The position numbers and the translations under genes were made by a program. From the NCBI GenBank assembly GCA_028875345.1, contig JAPPEG010000101.1, positions 79 to 64,078 on the forward strand: a DNA stretch of 64,000 nucleotides, given 5' to 3'. The DNA comes from Gemmatimonadota bacterium (GTDB lineage: Bacteria > Latescibacterota > UBA2968 > UBA8231). Positions 54,598-64,000 of this stretch are shown piece by piece; position 1 is the stretch's first letter, and each line of letters begins with the position of its first letter. The notes beneath the pieces were generated by a model. The model was not told the DNA's origin, made no database searches, and saw nothing but the letters and a program-made list of their open reading frames with translations.

Positions 54598-55893
54598 TTA
54601 CCCTCTCACCCACAATCGCCCTTCGTGCAAGGGCACTCTGTGTTTTCTATTTTTCCATTTCACATTTCGATCCCGCAATTTTTCAAAATGGAAGCATTTG
54701 AAACCGGCTGCGACCGCCAGTTGACCAAGCCATTGATCAATGGGCACATATACTCCGTATGGTGCCGAATCTCCGACGATAAAACACGCCGTTGCTCCTT
54801 CCCGACAAATTCGCCTCAATTCGTGCCAAACCTTGGCCATATCGACAAAATAGGCAGCTATCATAGTATGATAATGTTTTTTTCCACCGTGCAGCAGACG
54901 TTCTTCTGATAATTTGTTGCACACTTTCGCCAACTCGGTGACAATAGGCTCAATAGCCTTTTCACTCAACAAATCATTCAGTTCCAATTTTTCTTTTGAC
55001 GCATGCTGAGAAGACGATCTTATTAGGTACTTCCTCACTGACTCATGAAGATCTCCCCAAGAAGAAATTTCCTTCCAAAAGGACATTTCAAATCGAGTCG
55101 CATCCGCGTAGTCGTAATTGTTGGCATAAGGAGGTGAGGTAATGATCAAATCTACACTCCTGTCTTGCACCTGCGGAAAATCCCTCGCGTCTCCGCATAG
55201 CAAGTTGGCCTGGGAACAGTCTACCTTTCGCTGATATTCCTCCATATCGGCACTCATAAGGGCGATTTGATTTGCGAAAGCGACAAAGGGCTCGGTAGTA
55301 GACTTTTTTCTTTTATTGGGGAGGATATACTGCCATTGCGCCGTACCGGCTGAAGAAGATGGGCGCAGAATTGCCGTGAGAGCCAACCAAACCAGTTTAG
55401 CAGCGGAACTTCCATCGTCGATAGCTTGCCAACTGCTCTTCAATCTGTCTAAACTATTTAGCGTATTTTCGTCGAAGCACTTATAAATTAGCTGCGGATA
55501 TTTGATCGAAGACTTCTTCCCTTTGTGTGCTCTCTCCATCATTTCGTTACCTTTGTCGCGTAGTTGGGTAGCGGAAGTATGCCATAGCAATTTGCTAGCG
55601 GCGATCCGTGCGACAAAAGGATGGGCCTCTACTCCCCAACTAGGTATCCCCATGCCATCAGCTACCAATAAAGTAGTACCTGAGCCAGCAAAAGGATCAC
55701 ATATAGCCACTTCGCCCTTCTCAGCTATATGATCGGCTAGCACACTTTCTACCCACTGCGCAGAAAAACCGGCTGAATATTTGAACCACCGGTGGATAGG
55801 CAGTTTCATATTATCTACAAACGTGCCAGATCGTTCGTTTTTTTCTACGGTGGAAGTGGACCGCAAATCGGGAAAAAGGGGTAGTGTAGTCAT
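54598..55893 (-). CDS. DNA methyltransferase, probably N4-cytosine (motif I before SPPY)
   Basis: HRWFKYSAGFS, DPFAGSGTT, ITSPPYANNYDY; lower GC. Confidence 0.9.
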   Translation of the reverse strand: MTTLPLFPDLRSTSTVEKNERSGTFVDNMKLPIHRWFKYSAGFSAQWVESVLADHIAEKGEVAICDPFAGSGTTLLVADGMGIPSWGVEAHPFVARIAASKLLWHTSATQLRDKGNEMMERAHKGKKSSIKYPQLIYKCFDENTLNSLDRLKSSWQAIDDGSSAAKLVWLALTAILRPSSSAGTAQWQYILPNKRKKSTTEPFVAFANQIALMSADMEEYQRKVDCSQANLLCGDARDFPQVQDRSVDLIITSPPYANNYDYADATRFEMSFWKEISSWGDLHESVRKYLIRSSSQHASKEKLELNDLLSEKAIEPIVTELAKVCNKLSEERLLHGGKKHYHTMIAAYFVDMAKVWHELRRICREGATACFIVGDSAPYGVYVPIDQWLGQLAVAAGFKCFHFEKLRDRNVKWKNRKHRVPLHEGRLWVRG

Positions 55894-56198
55894 TTATTTT
55901 GTTATATGGAAGCAAATTTTATGCCCATGTATCATTGCCGAGTAGTATAGATCGAGATATGAATGATGTTTATGCTACTGTTTCTAAAAGCTGGGATGTT
56001 ACCTATACTACACAGGAGTGTTTCCCAGAGGACAAATCATAAACGAAGCCTAATCACGCACTACTCGCAAGTGGGCTCTAGGGCTACGACGAAAGTAGGC
56101 GCTATCGCTCTGCAAATCAAGAACACGCCACCTGAACCTGCTTCCACTCGGCTAGGCTTTCTGGCGATTGCTATAAGAAATGCAAGATAAAGATCCCT

Positions 56199-58094
56199 AT
56201 GCGCTACGCTACCCGCTTTAACGGCATCCCCTTGTCCGTTACCCTCGCAGCGGACCCGGCGTTGGACGACCGGCAACTCGACGCCCCCGGCACCTATGCG
56301 GATGACCACTACGAGTTCTCCTGCACCCAAACGCCGCTCAGCTCCAAAAGTCTGCTGCTAAAATTGCAATTGCGCCGGGTAGATGGCAGCCCATTCAAAG
56401 TCACCACATTCAAAGCAGAAGCCGCAGTCCCCGGCCTAGACCTGCACCGCGTCTTCGTGCCCGTGCTGCACGAGGCCATCGGCAAGCGCGACCTGATCAG
56501 CCTACCATGGGGCGTCGAGGAGCGCACCTTTACTTCTTGGTCCTTCCCCTTCGTCGCCGCGCTAAACCGCTTTGACCAGAACCGCTTCTGCATGGGCTTT
56601 ATGGATCACGTCCATGCGGCGGATACCCGTCATAGCTGCTACGACGAAGACGCCAACATGTCCTTGCAGCGCCTCTTCGATCCCGCCCCCCGCGAGACGA
56701 GCGTCTGGGAAGAAACGCTCTACCTGTCCTGCGAGGACCGCCCCGTCTTCGACGAGGTGCGCGCCTTCTCGCGTGCCTACGACGAGCTGCACCAGGTCGC
56801 CCTGCCGCCAGCGCCGCCCTCGGTGTGGGAGCCGGTCTGGTGCTCCTGGTACGGCATCAAAAACGATGTCGATGCCGACTATATCCGCTCTATGGTGCCC
56901 CTGCTCAAAGAATGGGGCATTGGCAGTATCATCGTCGATGCGGGCTGGTTCAAAGGCGACGGCTTCGACCCCAACACCGGCCACTACATTCCCGACACAA
57001 GCAAATTCCCCGACCTCAAGGGCCTCGTCGCAGAGGTTCAGTCTCAGGGCTTGACCATCCTGCTGTGGTGCGCGCCGCTGTTCAACATCAGCGAGCTGGC
57101 CGACGTGCCCTTCATACAAAAGCACCGATTCCAAGCCGCAGGCTCCGACGAAGCGAACAACTTCCTCTGTCCCCGCTGCCCCGCGGTGCGCCAATACGCT
57201 TGGCGCACGGTCAAACACCTGATGCAGACCTACGGCTGCAACGGCCTCAAAATCGACTTCATCGACCCACTGCGAGACCGCGCCAGCCTGCCCTGCATCG
57301 CCGACCACGAGCACGATATCGCCGACTACGGCGAGGCCGTGTACGACTTGCTCCAAGGCATCTACCGTGTCGCCACGCAAGTGCGCGCCGACGCCCTGCT
57401 CGAATACCGCATGAACTACTCGACTCTCGTCACCCGGCCCTTTGCCACCAGCCACCGCGCCCAAGACGCACCCTTCGACCCCGACCACATCCGCCGCATG
57501 TGTACTCGGCTCAAAAGCTATATCCTCAACCCGGAAGCCGGCCGCGAGGGCAACGTGGCCGTACACACGGACCCAGCCTATTGGCTACCCGAGGAAAGCC
57601 CCGCAAACGTCGCCCGCTTTATGGCCAGCCTCATCACAAGTGCCGTGCCCATGCTCTCGATGGACCTGCGCGCTTTGCCCCCAGAGCACCAGCGCATCAC
57701 CCGCGCTTGGCTCGCCTTTTACCGCCAGCACCGCGACTTGTTGCTCTTCGGCCACCAGCAACTCCTCAGCGCCGATTCGCACCACTCGCTCTTCTCCGTG
57801 CATCTCGGTGGCGAAGCCCTCTGGGGCGCTTTCACTCCCACCTTCCCCGGCGTACTCACAGTACCATCGGAGAATGTCCGCCGTATGTGGATCCTCAACG
57901 GCGGTGCCCAAGAGCGCCTCTATACCCGTCTAGAAGGCGTCGAAGGCGAATGCCTCCAAGTCCAGGTTTACGACCGTGGGCTAGAAAAGTCCGCTATCCT
58001 CAAATTACCAGTGGAAGACCGTACCGTTATCCTAGATCTTCCGGTGGAAATCGGTGGTGCCCTTGAACTACAGTCAGGTAGTGAATGTCTCTAA
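56199..58094 (+). CDS. Alpha-galactosidase-like glycoside hydrolase (GH36/clan D)
   Basis: WCSWY, IVDAGWF, KFPDL, LKIDF nucleophile motif, R..D acid/base region. Confidence 0.85.
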   Translation: MRYATRFNGIPLSVTLAADPALDDRQLDAPGTYADDHYEFSCTQTPLSSKSLLLKLQLRRVDGSPFKVTTFKAEAAVPGLDLHRVFVPVLHEAIGKRDLISLPWGVEERTFTSWSFPFVAALNRFDQNRFCMGFMDHVHAADTRHSCYDEDANMSLQRLFDPAPRETSVWEETLYLSCEDRPVFDEVRAFSRAYDELHQVALPPAPPSVWEPVWCSWYGIKNDVDADYIRSMVPLLKEWGIGSIIVDAGWFKGDGFDPNTGHYIPDTSKFPDLKGLVAEVQSQGLTILLWCAPLFNISELADVPFIQKHRFQAAGSDEANNFLCPRCPAVRQYAWRTVKHLMQTYGCNGLKIDFIDPLRDRASLPCIADHEHDIADYGEAVYDLLQGIYRVATQVRADALLEYRMNYSTLVTRPFATSHRAQDAPFDPDHIRRMCTRLKSYILNPEAGREGNVAVHTDPAYWLPEESPANVARFMASLITSAVPMLSMDLRALPPEHQRITRAWLAFYRQHRDLLLFGHQQLLSADSHHSLFSVHLGGEALWGAFTPTFPGVLTVPSENVRRMWILNGGAQERLYTRLEGVEGECLQVQVYDRGLEKSAILKLPVEDRTVILDLPVEIGGALELQSGSECL

Positions 58095-60001
58095 TTCTAA
58101 CTCTCTTGTTTTTGTCGGCGGCGATCCAAGTCGGAGCAACCGATTCGCCCACTGATGTCGGCGTCCCCCCGGAAGTACTGGATCCCCCTTGGCTGGAGAC
58201 CCGTCGCCAAGCCCAAGTAGCCGCGGCCGCAGGCTATGCGGTCTTCTGCGATTTCAGCTTCGCCGACCGCCAGCCCACCAGCGGCATCGCCTTCTACCAC
58301 CGCATCGTCGATGACTCGGGGCGGCACTACCGGCCCAATCACTACGACCACGGCAATGGAATTGCCTTAGCGGATGTCGATGGCGACGGGCGCACGGACC
58401 TTTACTTCGTCAACCAAACCGGGCCAAACGGGCTGTGGCACAACATGGGCGACGGCCAATTCGCCGACATCACCGCGCAGGGCGGCGTGGCACTCGCAGA
58501 CCGCATCGGTGTGACCGCTTCCTTCGCCGACCTAGACAACGACGGAGCACCCGACCTGTACGTCACCAACGTGCGCGTGGGCAATGTCCTCTTTCGCAAC
58601 CAAGGCGACGGGCGCTTTGCGGATATCTCGCAAGCGTCTGGTCTCGGTCACCAAGGGCATTCTTCGGCGGCCCTCTTCTTCGACTACGACCGCGACGGAC
58701 AACTCGACCTCTTTTTGACCAATGTTGGTCAGTACACCGAGCGCGGCGACCCAATCGCGGTTATCGGCTTTGCGCCCGAAGAACAACCAGAGCATTACTA
58801 CTACGTCGGCTTCAAAGACGCCTTTGCCGGACACCTCAAGCCCGAGCGCACCGAGCAAAGTCTGCTCTTCCGCAATCTGGGCGACAATCGCTTTGTCGAT
58901 GTGACCGAGGAGGTTGGAATCAAGGCCGCTGGTTGGTCCGGCGACGCCATGCCGCTAGACGCCAACGAAGACGGTTGGCCCGACCTGTACGTGCTCAACA
59001 TGCAGGGGCACGATCAATACTACGAAAACGACCAAGGCCAGCGCTTTATCGACAAGAGCCTAGCAGTCTTCCCGCGCACACCGTGGGGGGCCATGTCGGC
59101 CCAGATCCTCGACTTTGACAACGACGGCCACCAAGACCTCTACATCACCGACATGCACTCGGACATGAGCGAGGACATTGGGCCGGAGCGCGAAAAGCTC
59201 AAGTCGCGCATGCAGTGGACCGAGAGCTTTCTCCGCTCGGGCGGGCGCAGCATCTACGGCAACGCCTTCTACCACCGCCAAACCGACGGCACGTACGCCG
59301 AGGTCTCCGACTCCATCGGCGCAGAAAACTACTGGCCTTGGGGGCTGAGCGCGGGCGACCTCAACGCCGACGGGTACGAAGATGTCTTTATCACCGCCAG
59401 CATGAACTACGCCTTCCGTTACGCAGTCAACTCCCTGCTGCTCAACGACCGGGGCAAGGGCTTCCTCGACGCTGAATTTGCCCTTGGTGTCGAGCCTCGG
59501 CGCGAGGGACACACGGCCATGCCGTGGTTTGCCTTAGATTGCGCGGGGGAATATGCAACCCATCCCGACTGCGAGGGGCGCAACGGCCCGCACGTCTTCT
59601 GGGGTGCGCTGGGATCGCGCGCGTCGGCCCTCGCCGACCTAGACGACGACGGCGACCTAGACATCGTCACCAATGAATTCAATGCGCCGCCGCTGCTGTT
59701 AATCAGCGATCTGAGCGACCAAAAAGCGGATCTCAACTTTCTCAAGCTCCGCCTGATCGGCACCCGCTCCAACCGCGATGGCCTCGGCGCAGTGATCAGC
59801 GTCCATACCCATACCCAAACCTACACCCGAGTACACGACGGCAAGTCCGGCTATCTCTCGCAAAGCCTTTTGCCGCTCTACTTCGGACTCGGGCCAACCA
59901 ACACCGTCGAGCGCATCGAAGTGCAGTGGCCTTCTGGCACCGCGCAGACCGTCGCCGGTCCCATCGACAGCAACCAACTCGTCGAAATCAAGGAGCAGTA
60001 G
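58085..60001 (+). CDS. CRTAC1-family protein (FG-GAP repeats and ASPIC/UnbV)
   Basis: GNGIALADVDGDG, SNRDGLGA, GYLSQS..LYFGLG, VQWPSG. Confidence 0.9.
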   Translation: MSLILTLLFLSAAIQVGATDSPTDVGVPPEVLDPPWLETRRQAQVAAAAGYAVFCDFSFADRQPTSGIAFYHRIVDDSGRHYRPNHYDHGNGIALADVDGDGRTDLYFVNQTGPNGLWHNMGDGQFADITAQGGVALADRIGVTASFADLDNDGAPDLYVTNVRVGNVLFRNQGDGRFADISQASGLGHQGHSSAALFFDYDRDGQLDLFLTNVGQYTERGDPIAVIGFAPEEQPEHYYYVGFKDAFAGHLKPERTEQSLLFRNLGDNRFVDVTEEVGIKAAGWSGDAMPLDANEDGWPDLYVLNMQGHDQYYENDQGQRFIDKSLAVFPRTPWGAMSAQILDFDNDGHQDLYITDMHSDMSEDIGPEREKLKSRMQWTESFLRSGGRSIYGNAFYHRQTDGTYAEVSDSIGAENYWPWGLSAGDLNADGYEDVFITASMNYAFRYAVNSLLLNDRGKGFLDAEFALGVEPRREGHTAMPWFALDCAGEYATHPDCEGRNGPHVFWGALGSRASALADLDDDGDLDIVTNEFNAPPLLLISDLSDQKADLNFLKLRLIGTRSNRDGLGAVISVHTHTQTYTRVHDGKSGYLSQSLLPLYFGLGPTNTVERIEVQWPSGTAQTVAGPIDSNQLVEIKEQ

Positions 60002-62501
60002 CGCGTCCGCGCAGTTGTTTGAGGCCGCGCAGTGCGCCGCGCTCTCCGGGGTCTATTTCCCGCGCCCGCGCAAAGTCCGCTGCCGCTCGCTCCCCATCCT
60101 TTTCGAGCAGGGCAATCGTCCCGAGCACAGTGTGCCGCCGGGCGGCCAAGCGCCGTTCGAGTGTTTCGACAATCTCCGTGGGAATGTCTGCCGAGAGGTA
60201 CGGTCGCGGATTGACGACTAAGTGCTCGACCAAGCTCTTGAGCGCAGGTAAGCCGCCGCTGGTGCCACGGCGACGGCGGTCGGTAAAGCTGATGTAGGGG
60301 CGGTCGTCCGTATTGATCGGCCCGCTGCCCGCGTAGGCGGCTAGCTCCTTTTCGCCCAAGACCAAGGCGCTCAAAAAAGAGGGCGAATCGCCCAAATCCA
60401 CCGAGCGCAAATTCGCCCGTACCTCCGGCTGCCCTAGCGTGCGTTCAAGCGCCGCGTAGTCTATGTGCAGTGCGCCCGGCGTGCCCAATAGGATCGAGTA
60501 CTGGTGGGTCAGCCACAGCGAAGCGTGCGGATACACGGCCCGAAAGGTCCGCAGAATCATCTTGTAGTCCTCCACCGACAGCCCGTGCAGCGGCAGCCAC
60601 TGCGCGACTAGCCCGTCCGGGCCGACGCGGCCGCGGCAGAGCCGGTAGAACTCCTCCGTATAAAGCACCCAGCTATCGGCCGTGCCCGGATGTGTGGCGT
60701 CGCAGATGATGGCGTCGTATTGACGCTGTGTGCGCAGCACGTGGTTGCGGCCGTCTTCAGCGACCAGTTCGATGGGGGCTTGGTCGAGGCGCGTGGCGAT
60801 CTGGCGGTTGTAGCGGGCAAAATAGGGCGCAGCGCGCGGGACGCCCGGCACCAACTCGGCGCAATCGAGTCGCTCCGGCTGGTGCAATTCGGCTGCGGAC
60901 AGGGTGATGCCGCCGCCAAAAGCAATGACCAGCACTTCGGCTGGATCGGGGTGCAAAACCAGCGGCAAGTGCCCCAGCAGGCGGAAGGTCTGCAGTGAGG
61001 CATAGTCAGTGGGAACCTCGCCACCGCCGTTGACCTTGAGGATTCGCACGCCGTCCTGTTTCTGGTGGACCGAAACCGTGGCGCCAGTTCCCTCGTCCCA
61101 GTAGAGCAAACGGCTTTTTGGCTCAGACCAATGGAACAGCTCGACGAAGAGACCAGCCGGTAAAAGCAGCATCAGGACCAACCCCAACGCCAAGCCGCCG
61201 ACCGTGCGCACGGCCTTTCTGCGCAACTCCGCCGCCGGGTCCAGCGCCAAAATCACCGCGCCGATGGCGATATTGACCCACGCCAACACCTGGATGCTCC
61301 GATAGGTGCCCAGCAAAGGCAGCAGCACAAACCCGGCGACCAGTGCACCGGCAATGGCTCCCAGCGTATTGGCGGCGTACACCGTGCCGACACCGCGCCC
61401 TAGCTGCTCAATACGCGGGATGCACACCTTGGCCGCAATCGGAAAGAGCAGTCCCATCAGCAGTGTCGCCGGGAGCATTACGACGAACGCGACGACGAAC
61501 AGCTTGGACAGATGACCCTCCCACGAGAGCGCACCGCCCCATGCCTCAACGATATAGGGTATGCTGCCAAAGGCGGCAATCGAGCTTAGGCCGCACAGCC
61601 CAATGAGCAATTCCACCGCGCCAAACGCGGCCAGCGGCGTGCGCCAGCGATCGATCAAGCGCGCCCCAAGCGCGGCCCCACCGGCCAATCCCAGCAGGAA
61701 GGCGACGAGGATCGTACTCAGGGTTTGGGCGGTGGCACTTTGTAGGAGCATTGCCAAAAGCCGCGTCCACAGCACCTCGTAGCCGAGGGCCACAAACCCC
61801 GAGAGCGCAAATCCCCCCAGGACCAACCGGCCCTCTAACGTGGTGGGCACCGCATCCCGTCCTACGCCCGTCTGCTCCTGCTGGCCATCGCGGCTCCAGC
61901 GATAGGCGACCAAGGCGATGATCAGGTTGCCCGCCGCCGCCGCGTACGTAGTGCCGCTGACACCCAGATATTCGAGCGCGAAAAAGGCCGCCACCGCACA
62001 TCCTGTGGCCGCGCCCAGGGTATTGGCCGCATACAGGCGTCCCATGTCCCCGCCGACTCGCTCCAAGCGGTGCGCCACAGCCTTGCTCAGCGTCGGCAGG
62101 GTGGCACCCATGAGGGTAGTCGGCACCAGCAGCAGCGCGAACGCGAGCACCAAGCGGACGAGCACAAAGGCCCCGTCTATACCTTGCAAAGAGCCGTATA
62201 GCGCCGTGTACACCTCGTCTAAACCCGCAAGCAAAAGCGGGAATATCAAAGCGAAGACGCCGATGCCCAGTTCCAACAGCGCGTAGAGCCGCAGACCGTT
62301 GCCTCGGCGATCGGCTACCCGTCCGCACCAATAGCTACCCAAAGCGAGACCGGCCATAAAGGCGGCCAAGACAATGCTGACGGCAAAGGTGCTGACGCCG
62401 AATACCGGCATCAACATGCGCACCCAGACGACCTGATAGACGAGGGAGCAGGCCCCGGAAAAAAAGAACAGGACCAGCAGGGCTAGGGGGATTTTGCTCA
62501 A
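59988..62501 (-). CDS. Fused MFS-like membrane / spermidine-synthase-like protein with C-terminal TPR
   Basis: FSGACSLVYQVVW, LYAANTLGA (two copies), VLVIAFGGG, EDGRN, LYTEEFY, NTDDRP. Confidence 0.9.
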   Translation of the reverse strand: MSKIPLALLVLFFFSGACSLVYQVVWVRMLMPVFGVSTFAVSIVLAAFMAGLALGSYWCGRVADRRGNGLRLYALLELGIGVFALIFPLLLAGLDEVYTALYGSLQGIDGAFVLVRLVLAFALLLVPTTLMGATLPTLSKAVAHRLERVGGDMGRLYAANTLGAATGCAVAAFFALEYLGVSGTTYAAAAGNLIIALVAYRWSRDGQQEQTGVGRDAVPTTLEGRLVLGGFALSGFVALGYEVLWTRLLAMLLQSATAQTLSTILVAFLLGLAGGAALGARLIDRWRTPLAAFGAVELLIGLCGLSSIAAFGSIPYIVEAWGGALSWEGHLSKLFVVAFVVMLPATLLMGLLFPIAAKVCIPRIEQLGRGVGTVYAANTLGAIAGALVAGFVLLPLLGTYRSIQVLAWVNIAIGAVILALDPAAELRRKAVRTVGGLALGLVLMLLLPAGLFVELFHWSEPKSRLLYWDEGTGATVSVHQKQDGVRILKVNGGGEVPTDYASLQTFRLLGHLPLVLHPDPAEVLVIAFGGGITLSAAELHQPERLDCAELVPGVPRAAPYFARYNRQIATRLDQAPIELVAEDGRNHVLRTQRQYDAIICDATHPGTADSWVLYTEEFYRLCRGRVGPDGLVAQWLPLHGLSVEDYKMILRTFRAVYPHASLWLTHQYSILLGTPGALHIDYAALERTLGQPEVRANLRSVDLGDSPSFLSALVLGEKELAAYAGSGPINTDDRPYISFTDRRRRGTSGGLPALKSLVEHLVVNPRPYLSADIPTEIVETLERRLAARRHTVLGTIALLEKDGERAAADFARAREIDPGERGALRGLKQLRGRATAP

Positions 62502-62547
62502 GGCCGATCCTTTATGTAAAACGCGACCCGATTAATCGCAACAATCG

Positions 62548-62940
62548 CTATCCGGCGTTTTCAATCGGCTGGTGGAAGTAGTAGCAAAGCCCGTCAGGGG
62601 CGACTACAAAGAAAACCTGGTATTTCTTTCCATCGAGCTCGTCCACGCGCCAATTGCCCGTCTCGACCCCATTCGCCTCTATCTCGTCGCGGGCCTTGTG
62701 GATGTCATTCACCAAAATAGCCGCGCCTTCTTGGCTGGCATCGCCGCCATTGACCGCAAACCCGATCTGCACACCATCGCGTTCGAGAATGACCGTCGGC
62801 ACGGGGTCATCGCGCCTTTCGACCTCCACGAGTCCAAAGGCCGCGTCGTACCACTTTGCGGTTTGATCGAGGTCTTCCACCGGCAAGGCGAGGACGTCCT
62901 CGGCATACGGAAAAGCAGCTTCGTATAGTTTCTCTGTCAC
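62548..62940 (-). CDS. VOC/glyoxalase family protein
   Basis: Likely GTG 62940 with GGAGG SD; LPVEDL...WY..FG, FFVVAPDG. Confidence 0.85.
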   Translation of the reverse strand: MTEKLYEAAFPYAEDVLALPVEDLDQTAKWYDAAFGLVEVERRDDPVPTVILERDGVQIGFAVNGGDASQEGAAILVNDIHKARDEIEANGVETGNWRVDELDGKKYQVFFVVAPDGLCYYFHQPIENAG

Positions 62941-63225
62941 GTCTTGTTCCTCCGACAATAAAAAAGTAAAACGGAATTCTTCCAAAACGATTATTCGATG
63001 AGAATTATTGTTACCACGTGGGCTACAGCAAGAAAAATAGTTACAGCTCAATAAAAAAATCCGTAATCTGCCGTACAATTTGGATAAAAGCGACTATCGC
63101 GGGCTATGTAACTAGCACTCGACGAGAGCCGGCCAATGATCGGAAAAACGCTTGACAGAAGGGCGGGAGGTCGAGATTGTTGGCTACCTAATGGTACAGT
63201 CGCGAGCCATGAGAAGGAAAGAAAA

Positions 63226-63975
63226 ATGACTCAAGAAGAAACCTGGTACTTCCGCCACAATGGTTTCCACCGCGTAGCTCGTCCCCTGCCGGGAAAGCTG
63301 GTGGCTCGCCTGAACGCGGTCACGGACGAACAAATCGCGACCCTAGCGGAGCCTGTCGTGTGGGAAACCAGCACCACCTCGCGCACGCCCGAGGACGTGC
63401 GTCGCCTGTCGAAAATCCTAGCGCGTGATCCAGTGTATCTCGAAGCAGCGACCCATCCGATCGTACTCAATGCTCTCGCAGGCGTACTCGGCGACAACAT
63501 CGAACTGCTGACCAACAAGCACAACCACATCATGGTGCGGCCACCCAACTCGGCCCCGGTGCCGTGGCACGCCGGAGAGGAATTGTACGAGCCGACCTTG
63601 ATCACGGCACTCATTTATTTAGAGGAATCGACCATCGACAACGGCTGTGTGCACCTCGTCCCGGGTAGTCATTTGCGGCCCTTTGCAAAGCCGCGCCGCC
63701 CCAGAGGCGACTTCCGGCGCAACCCGCTATACCAGCGCTCGCTGCCCGTGCCCATGCCAGCAGGTGGCGTGCTGCTATTCAACGACTGCTGCTTCCACGG
63801 AGCCGACGTCAACCACAGCAATGGCTCGCGGCGCAGCATGACCCTTGGCTATCGCGCGCACGACTCGCACGACGTATTGAAGGACGATCCAGAAAAAATC
63901 CTCGTGCGCGGCGAACGCACCTATACCGGCCATCCCCATCCATTCCCCAACCCGAAGAAAGGGAAGAATCAGTGA
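63226..63975 (+). CDS. Phytanoyl-CoA dioxygenase family protein, HxG variant
   Basis: ATG 63226 with AAGGA SD; PWHAG, YLEEST..NG, VPGSH, FHGA..N...RR. Confidence 0.88.
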   Translation: MTQEETWYFRHNGFHRVARPLPGKLVARLNAVTDEQIATLAEPVVWETSTTSRTPEDVRRLSKILARDPVYLEAATHPIVLNALAGVLGDNIELLTNKHNHIMVRPPNSAPVPWHAGEELYEPTLITALIYLEESTIDNGCVHLVPGSHLRPFAKPRRPRGDFRRNPLYQRSLPVPMPAGGVLLFNDCCFHGADVNHSNGSRRSMTLGYRAHDSHDVLKDDPEKILVRGERTYTGHPHPFPNPKKGKNQ

Positions 63976-64000
63976 CTACTTGGGAAGAAAACATCCAGCA
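63972..64000 (+). CDS. Probable start of the next gene (partial)
   Basis: GTGA overlap with the previous stop, preceded by AAGGGAAG; reads MTTWEENIQ to the window edge. Confidence 0.45.

Noticed and set aside
53502-56015. Weak similarity AAAGGCTGGGGATG (53503) versus AAAGCTGGGATG (~55987) as R-M island att sites
   Set aside because: Short, gapped and plausibly chance.
55963-56330. ORFs 55963..56190 and 56061..56330
   Set aside because: No recognisable motifs or SD; probably island-edge spacer or a shadow of the GH36 gene.

Overview
GC-rich bacterial window. Its gene content (DUF6785 transporter, several PhyH dioxygenases, FlgD-Ig/NGDGxND-tailed proteins, SWGxxK C-termini, Fn3/cadherin surface protein) suggests a Latescibacterota/Gemmatimonadota-like organism, possibly sponge-associated; this is inference. 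From left to right: (1) a >1750-aa M6-type metalloprotease/adhesin gene that runs off the left edge and is missing from the ORF track. It sits in a tandemly duplicated sigma54 locus with two enhancer-terminator-promoter modules and two bacterial enhancer-binding proteins (bEBPs), one a soluble beta-propeller fusion and one sensor-less. (2) A 99-bp MITE. (3) Catabolic genes interrupted by a lower-GC SNF2-helicase island. (4) A ~125-nt pseudoknotted, SD-sequestering leader RNA. Its 3' arm recurs 1 kb downstream in front of a stand-alone 'LKKQAK...AREYGF.W' helical-domain gene, making it a candidate RNA-protein regulatory module. (5) A 16.6-kb envelope operon: TPR protein, SWGRIK protein, three FlgD/type-B-CTD-like proteins, two paralogous large outer-membrane proteins and a parvulin. 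(6) ASPIC/UnbV genes split by a lower-GC type II R-M island, plus a fused MFS/spermidine-synthase gene. No tRNA, rRNA, CRISPR array, integrase or reverse transcriptase was recognised.
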